Positions 39,416 through 46,335 of a DNA stretch of 46,335 bases are shown piece by piece; position 1 is the first letter of the stretch, and each line of letters begins with the position of its first letter. The position numbers and the translations under genes are program-made. The DNA is from Conidiobolus incongruus B7586 (taxonomy: Eukaryota): positions 1-46,335 of the forward strand of contig JNEM01008705.1 of assembly GCA_000697335.1 (NCBI GenBank), written 5' to 3'. The notes under the pieces were generated by a model. It was not told where the DNA came from, made no database searches, and saw only the letters and a program-made list of their open reading frames with translations.

Positions 39416-40251
39416 ATGTCAAGTACAACGCCAATTCTAACAATTAGTGAAGATCTACATGATAGAATCTTAATCAACTTTACTATTTAAAGTATACTCG
39501 GTTTGTTTTCAACTTTATAGTTGGTTGATTACTCAATTAAACAAATAAGGAAGGGAAAGGCTCAGTCGATATTAAACTATGCACATTCATTGCAGTTTCT
39601 GATATTTTAGTACTTATAGATCCTATATTTGAGGTGGTTTTAGCCAAATATCCTTACAATATCCTTCGGGACCATCCGAATTGGTGTAAATTTGATTTAG
39701 CGAAAACTGATCAGGTACTATGATTTTCAAGTTACAGTTTAATAATCAAGGTAATTGAAAGTTTCTTTCTAATTGATTTTAGTACTCAGCTATCTATATG
39801 CTTTTGCTTTGTGCTGATAGCTATGGCATCGACAAGTCAATGGTTAAGCATTCTTGTTTTGGTAGCCAACGACTTTGCAAGTGTTGACACAATTGAAATC
39901 GTCCTGTGCTACCCTACCATTGGGACCAGCTTGCCCAACCTACGCAATCGCCCTAGTATATTTCTTCATATCCTACTTCAGTGTAATAATTGGCTACTTA
40001 GACATCATGGTAGTAAAATTCAGATTTACTCTCACCAAATTCACGATCTATATCATTCTTTATGTCCTAGTGTTCTTGAGGAAATTTTACAAAATCATAC
40101 ACCAATCCGTTACTGGACGTAAAAATAACGTTATCATAGGTATCGTCTCATAGTTTTCTACAATGTATTTGGCGATTGGGAATGTTATTATCTTGTTATA
40201 TATGGATCAAAATTAAGGAATTCTTTTATAAAATTATATAAAAATTATTAA
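39416..40251 (+). pseudogene. Decayed intronless seven-transmembrane (rhodopsin/class-A-like GPCR) gene
   Basis: Frameshift- and stop-interrupted translation with ordered TM motifs: LGLF/FNFIV (TM1 GxxxN-like), VDIKLCTFIAVSDIL (TM2 LAxxD-like), HPNWCKFD (loop WC), IESFFLI (ERF/DRY-like), IVLCYP, ISYFSVIIGY, NVIILLYMDQ plus helix-8-like LRNSF. Stops at 39488, 39721 and 40151. Confidence 0.65.
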
Positions 40252-40424
40252 TTCAAATAATTTGAATAGTTAAATAAATTGATTTTTGAATAAATATTTT
40301 TTTAGTTTAAAATATGAAATTTATGAAATAGTAATGGTAGTAGATTTTAATTTTTGATATTTTAATATTGATTTAAATAATTTATTAACTCTCAATTAAA
40401 TAATAAATAGTAATGCTATTGGAA

Positions 40425-43400
40425 TCAAGAAGTTGATATATTTTGCTGATTGACCATTTCGTAATAAATCCCCTTTTTGTTCAAAAGCTGTTGATGAGTA
40501 CCCGATTCGACGATACGATGTTGCTGGAAAACGAGGATCTGATCAGCCTTTTGAATGGTGGATAATCTGTGAGCAATGGCAAAAGTAGTTCGACCGACAG
40601 AAGCTGAATCGAGCGCATCTTGAACAATGCGTTCACTTTCGGCATCAAGTGCAGAAGTAGCTTCGTCAAGTAATAAAATACTAGGATTGCGGATTAATGC
40701 ACGAGCGATAGCAACACGTTGCTTCTGACCACCAGAAAGTTGAGTACCTTTGCTACCAACATTTGTATCATATCCTTTGGGAAGTGACATGACAAAGTTG
40801 TGCAAGTTAGCTTGTTTGGCAGCTGCTTCAATTTGTTCTTGAGTAACTGGTTCATTATTATTTCTAGCACCCATAGCAATATTCTCACCAATAGTCATAT
40901 CGTATAATGAAGGTTCTTGACTCACTAAAGCCATATGAGTTCTCAAGGAAGGCAAGTGATAATCTCTTATATCAACACCATCAACCTTAATACTACCTCT
41001 GTTGACGTCATAGAAGCGCTCCAATAATGAAATAATAGTACTCTTACCGCAGCCGCTATGTCCGACAAGTGCAGTGAACTGTCCGGGATAAGCTTCAAAG
41101 CTAACGCCCTTCAAGACACGAGCTCCAGGGCGAGTAGGATAGCTGAAATAAACATTTTTGAATTCAATATGACCTTTAATTGGTCTGTCCTCATTACCAG
41201 TGGGCAATCTTTTACCAGGAGAGTTCTCAGTGCTATCAACTAAAGGAGTGCGTTCAGCAAGATTAAATATAGAGGCAGCAGCTTTTCTAGCTTTATAGAT
41301 ATCTGGGATGTAAGCGAACACTCTACTAGCATTACCGGCACCCATGATAATTGCATCGAACACCGTAAACATTTGAACAAAGTTGTATTCACCAGTTTTC
41401 ACGAGTTGTGCTCCATACCAAAAAGCGAGAGCTGAGCACAAGAATTCAATACTCCTTGCTGCTGCATACACGGCAGAAGATATGAAAGCTTTCTTAAAGT
41501 TGGATCTCAATGGAGCTTGCATGATTGTGTTGTACTTGGCACAAACAGCTTCTTCATGAGTAAGAGAAATAACAGTTCTAACAGCTGACGAAGCTTCACA
41601 CGCTAATTCAGCGGATTCGGAATAAGCATTCCTATTTTCTTCAGAGAAGCCTTGGACGATCTTATCTTGATACCAGCCAGTGTATAATAGGATAGGTAGA
41701 GTGGTACAGCACACCAAGGTCATCTTCCAACCATATACCAAACCAACGATAATACCACCAAAAACGTTGACAAATACTTGTAGAATCGTTCCAAAAGTAA
41801 CGCCACTTAAACCTTGAATATCTTGAGCATCAGTTGACAAAGAAGAAGTGAGAGCGCCTGTTGAGTTGGATTTTCTATCGAACCAGCCAATTTCTTGTTG
41901 CAAAATATGAGAGAAAGTCTTGGATCTCAAACGAGATGTCAACTTCTGAGCACTTGCACCAAAGAAGTACATTTGGCAATAGTTACTGATCCAAGCTCCC
42001 AATGCTAGGATAAAGAGCATCAAAGACAAGAAATCGGCGGTTGTGAAGAGTTCGGGAGGTGGTTTCGTTAGAACTTCGACAGCTCTAGCGAGTACAATGG
42101 AGAAAATAGGATATATGCAGCCAATAACGATTGCACCAAGTGCTCCCAGAATATACGATTTCCATTCTTCGCTATTAAGTGATAAAACTTTATAGGCAAG
42201 TGGGAAGAATCTCCATTGTTTTATAATTTCTTGAGCTTCATCACCTGTAGCAGAGCCTTGAGTGTTAGTAGGAAAAGCTTCAGCAACCTTTTCAGAGTGA
42301 TGTGTGAGGGTTTTTTTGGCATCAGTTTGGTATTGAATTTCATCTGAGGAATCATTATCAAAGTCTTCTGATTCTCTACCAAGTCCTTGGAGTTGAACCA
42401 ATTTATAATAGGCGCCTTCAGTATTTTGCAATAAGCTATCATGAGTTCCTTGTTCAATAATTTTTCCCTTTTCAAGGACAACGATAAGATCGGCATTACG
42501 AATGGTAGATAAACGATGTGCAATAACAATAGTGGTTCTGTCTTTACTAACATGATCCAAAGCTTTTTGTACCAAAACTTCAGATTTAGTATCTAAGGCA
42601 GAGGTAGCTTCATCAAGGAGTAAGATTCTGGGATTACGAATGATAGCACGAGCAATAGCAATTCTTTGTTTTTGACCACCACTAAGCAAGAATCCTCGTT
42701 CACCAACTTGAGTGTCATATTGAAGAGGGAGATTAGAAATGAAATCATGAGCATTAGCATGCTTACAAGCTTCAATAATTGCTTCCATCTTTTTTTCCAT
42801 GGGTGCATCGAATAATGCTGTACCAATAAGACCAACCATCACATTTTCAGCAATAGTACCATTAAATAATGTGGGTTCCTGAGCAACTAAACCAATTTGT
42901 CTTCGATACCACTTGAGATTGAGAGACTTAATTGGATGGCCATCCAAAAGAATTTCACCACCTTCGAGATCATAAAAACGTTCCAGCAATTGAATAGTAG
43001 TTGATTTACCAGATCCACTAGCACCTACTAAAGCAACAGTTTGACCAGCCTTGATGCTTAAAGAGAAGCCATCAAAGATTTGAACATCTTTACGAGAAGG
43101 ATAAGAAAATTGAATATTTCTGAATTCAATATCGCCATGAACTTGATCGAGTTTCAAACCCTCGGAGGAGGATGAATCGATTTTAGGAACACGATCAATA
43201 CACTGGAATAATTTAGCAGCAGCTCCTTGAGCTTTAATAATGGCTTCGATATTAGGGCTGATATTGCCAAGGGAAAATGCGCCCAATATAATCGCCTCGA
43301 AAGTACTGACAATGTTACCAGGAGTACCTAAGCCCCATCCAATGATACGAGCGCCGTAATAGAAGGTAAGTGAGTAACCGCAGTAGATGAAGAAGAACAT

Positions 43401-44249
43401 TCCAGATACACCAATACCAAAGATCAGGGCTTCCATAACACCATCACGCTGAGCTTTTAGTAAGAGTGCATTATATCTTTGACTCATTTTGGCTTGTAAA
43501 TTGAATGCGACAACAGTTCTAATAGTGGAAAAGCATTCTTCCGCAGTGTTACTGGCAATGGAAGCCTTTTCCAGAGAACTAGTAGTGTATCTGTAACCTA
43601 CGAACATTGCAACCCCAATGATGAGTGTGATTGCGGGTACAATACAGAAGAGGATCAAAGTTAATCGCCAGCTTATCGCAAAAGCGATAATAAATGCTGA
43701 AAGAATAGTACAAATATCATGGACAACAAGAGCGACCTTCTCGGAGATGCCGCTTTGGACCAAGTTAGTATCGTTGGTAATTCTTGCTGTAACTTCACCA
43801 GATCCAATACTATCAAACCAGGCGATTTCTTGCTTTAACACACTCTGCAAATAAAGGTTTCTGATTTTGTGTGTAGACTTGGCACCGACCCATTGGAAAG
43901 TAGACATATAAGTGTAAGTACAAGCGAAGACAATGATAGCCAAATAGATAAAGAAGAGGGTCAAGTAGTTAATTTCAGCTTGAAATTGTTCAGCTGTCAT
44001 TTTATCTCCTATGAAATTGAGGAATGTATCGATCATTTTACCAAAGATAACGGACATCAGGGGAAATGAAGCACCGGCGGCACCTGCAGCGATAGCACCG
44101 AGTAGCAGCATGAAACGCTGCTTCATCGAAGTCACTGAATAAATCTTTAATAAGTTCACTCTGGGAATTGGCTCCGCTTTGGGCATTTCCTCCACAATAG
44201 TCATTTTTTCAGAATTTTGGTTTTCGCTTTTTTTAGAAAATAATCCCAT
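40425..44249 (-). CDS. Full-length ABCB/MDR (P-glycoprotein-like) ABC exporter, TMD-NBD-TMD-NBD, intronless, 1274 aa
   Basis: Two NBDs with Walker A (GASGSGKST, GHSGCGKST), Q-loop QEP, signature LSGGQKQR, Walker B ILLLDEATSALD and H-switch IAHRLSTI; two TMDs with QEIAWFD / QEIGWFD motifs. Confidence 0.97.
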   Translation of the reverse strand: MGLFSKKSENQNSEKMTIVEEMPKAEPIPRVNLLKIYSVTSMKQRFMLLLGAIAAGAAGASFPLMSVIFGKMIDTFLNFIGDKMTAEQFQAEINYLTLFFIYLAIIVFACTYTYMSTFQWVGAKSTHKIRNLYLQSVLKQEIAWFDSIGSGEVTARITNDTNLVQSGISEKVALVVHDICTILSAFIIAFAISWRLTLILFCIVPAITLIIGVAMFVGYRYTTSSLEKASIASNTAEECFSTIRTVVAFNLQAKMSQRYNALLLKAQRDGVMEALIFGIGVSGMFFFIYCGYSLTFYYGARIIGWGLGTPGNIVSTFEAIILGAFSLGNISPNIEAIIKAQGAAAKLFQCIDRVPKIDSSSSEGLKLDQVHGDIEFRNIQFSYPSRKDVQIFDGFSLSIKAGQTVALVGASGSGKSTTIQLLERFYDLEGGEILLDGHPIKSLNLKWYRRQIGLVAQEPTLFNGTIAENVMVGLIGTALFDAPMEKKMEAIIEACKHANAHDFISNLPLQYDTQVGERGFLLSGGQKQRIAIARAIIRNPRILLLDEATSALDTKSEVLVQKALDHVSKDRTTIVIAHRLSTIRNADLIVVLEKGKIIEQGTHDSLLQNTEGAYYKLVQLQGLGRESEDFDNDSSDEIQYQTDAKKTLTHHSEKVAEAFPTNTQGSATGDEAQEIIKQWRFFPLAYKVLSLNSEEWKSYILGALGAIVIGCIYPIFSIVLARAVEVLTKPPPELFTTADFLSLMLFILALGAWISNYCQMYFFGASAQKLTSRLRSKTFSHILQQEIGWFDRKSNSTGALTSSLSTDAQDIQGLSGVTFGTILQVFVNVFGGIIVGLVYGWKMTLVCCTTLPILLYTGWYQDKIVQGFSEENRNAYSESAELACEASSAVRTVISLTHEEAVCAKYNTIMQAPLRSNFKKAFISSAVYAAARSIEFLCSALAFWYGAQLVKTGEYNFVQMFTVFDAIIMGAGNASRVFAYIPDIYKARKAAASIFNLAERTPLVDSTENSPGKRLPTGNEDRPIKGHIEFKNVYFSYPTRPGARVLKGVSFEAYPGQFTALVGHSGCGKSTIISLLERFYDVNRGSIKVDGVDIRDYHLPSLRTHMALVSQEPSLYDMTIGENIAMGARNNNEPVTQEQIEAAAKQANLHNFVMSLPKGYDTNVGSKGTQLSGGQKQRVAIARALIRNPSILLLDEATSALDAESERIVQDALDSASVGRTTFAIAHRLSTIQKADQILVFQQHRIVESGTHQQLLNKKGIYYEMVNQQNISTS

Positions 44250-46335
44250 TCTGGAACACTTTGGAAATAAATAGAATGTAAATTGAATTTAGATTAATTA
44301 GTATCTAAATCAAAAAATAATAATAATATACAAATTAGAGAGTGAATAGAATAGTTATGATAATATTAGCTTTGGGAATAGAACTTCTTTTATAGTTTAA
44401 TTCGAAATTTTCTGTTAAATCATCCAGTCTTATCAAAAAATCTAAAGTAATGCTAATTAAACAATCAATTAATCAATGGATTTCTTTAGGAAATACTTCC
44501 AAAAAGTTGCTAATCTTGTAATTTTGTAGCCAATCTTATTTTACTAACTCTTGCTCAGTAGAATGTTCTACTGTATAAACACAAATATGAGCCCAAATTT
44601 AGTAAATTCTTAAATAAATCATTCTAAATTAATGCATCCCAAAAAGGAAATTTTTTTTCTATAATTTCTCTTTTGAGAAATTTAGTATAAATTAATGAAA
44701 CAATTTAATTTATGTAATTTTGTAAGTTGATAAATTTTGATTGAATTTTAATATTTTGTAAGTCATAATATTATTTTTTAACTCAATAAATTTTTATAAT
44801 TATTATTTATAAAAATAATTTAATTAAATTTGTAATGGAATTATTTTAATTTTGCAAATTGAATAAAATTTAATAATAAAAATATAAGATAATAATGTAG
44901 TTTCTCTATGGGAATTATAGATGGTGCAATGTGTGGGACGATGGTTATTGTTGTTACCTAATAATAGGTAAGTATTTTAGTCATTAAGACTGTTGAATAT
45001 TACAACATGTGTCGCAAGTAATAGTCAATTAAGGTAAAGCTTCCCTATTGAATAGAAACCCGATGTTAGAAATAGCGTCAAGCATGAAATGTAAAGAGAT
45101 ATTAATGAAAAAGGTTTATTGTAGTAAAAATTATTAAAAATTACTAAATTATTAATTTAAAAATTCAATTTTCTGATATATAATAACTTAACAAACACTC
45201 TAATACTTTAACCAAAATTCAATACTTATAGAGTAGTGAATACATAAGGAAATAACGAAAATTTAGAAGTATAATTTTCATTATTAAATGAACTAATAAG
45301 TAGTAATTATTATATAATTTTGTTGCGAATTTGATAATTTTATTACAATGTAAATAAAATAATCACCCCTTTTTAATACACAATAATTCTTAAATATTAT
45401 ATATTTTTTTAATAAAATTGTTGTCAAATTATTATTAAAATAATTAAATTTATATTTCACAAATAAAAATTTGCTCTAATCATACTCTGAATTGATTATG
45501 ATCATGTTAGATGACGATGGTAAATGTGAGAGGGGATAGACTTTAAGAACTGAAATGGACAATTATCATTAGTAAATGACAGCATATTATAAATCTAGGG
45601 GGAAGTTAATTGGTTTCACTATATAAAGTGAAAATGACTTAATGTATATTTAGTCCTTGGTATGAAGTAAATATCTCATATTTGTTGAAACAATACTTTT
45701 GTGAGTGTTACAAAAAATTAGAGATGTGATACTTTAGGAATAAAGATAATTAAATGATGTTTATTGGCTAATTCATGATAATTTTATTTTAGATACTATT
45801 TTCGATTTTAGTGGACAGATACGATTCATAGGCAAAAAGTGACAAAATCAACCAGTTTATGAAATAAGTTTGCTCTAATATAAATTTTTGACTCAGAGTG
45901 GTATTTTAATATGTTGAGTAATTGACAGTTTCTACTAATTTAAAATATCAATTCAATGCAAACTTTAATAAAAATTATTATAAATAATTTAGTTATATTT
46001 ATTAATTCTAATGAATAGTAAATAATATATAAAGTGTTATAATTTATGTATTATATTCTGCTCTTTAAATTTGACTATATATCGAATCATAATATAAATC
46101 ATTAAATCTTTTTTGAAATTTCGAAAATTCGAGAATTTATACAATTTATATTATATTATTTTTTAATATATATATATATATATAATATGAAAATTTTTTT
46201 TTCAAAATATATTTATAATTGATTAATAAGATATATTAATAGGTTTTAATTGAATATACTAATGTCTGTATTTAATAAATATTAAAAAATTCTGATAATA
46301 ATTCATTATATAATTTTATTATTTTTTAAACAATT

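Overview
Very AT-rich eukaryotic (fungal) genomic window with short (~45-75 nt) GT-AG introns. The gene content and a rhodopsin-like 7TM family relic suggest an early-diverging fungus, plausibly Entomophthoromycotina such as Conidiobolus; this is inference, not a database match. Apparently intact genes, in order: NOP9 (runs off the left edge), TIM22, a CMAS/coclaurine-NMT-like SAM methyltransferase, tRNA-Thr(AGT), CLP1, ESS1/PIN1, PEP4-type aspartic protease, GGC1/YHM1 carrier, a DOMON-cytochrome b561 protein, phosphoglucomutase, an ankyrin-repeat protein, a TACC-domain coiled-coil protein, CSN7 and a full-length ABCB/MDR transporter. Features the ORF track misses: (1) a complete but multiply disabled pseudogene of the meiosis-specific gene MND1 (32664-33586, minus); (2) a decayed class-A-like 7TM receptor pseudogene (39416-40251); (3) a recurring oriented promoter element, TCCCATAA on the sense strand, about 90-150 nt upstream of five start codons, with a one-base variant at a sixth. 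No CRISPR array, rRNA or recognisable transposon was seen.
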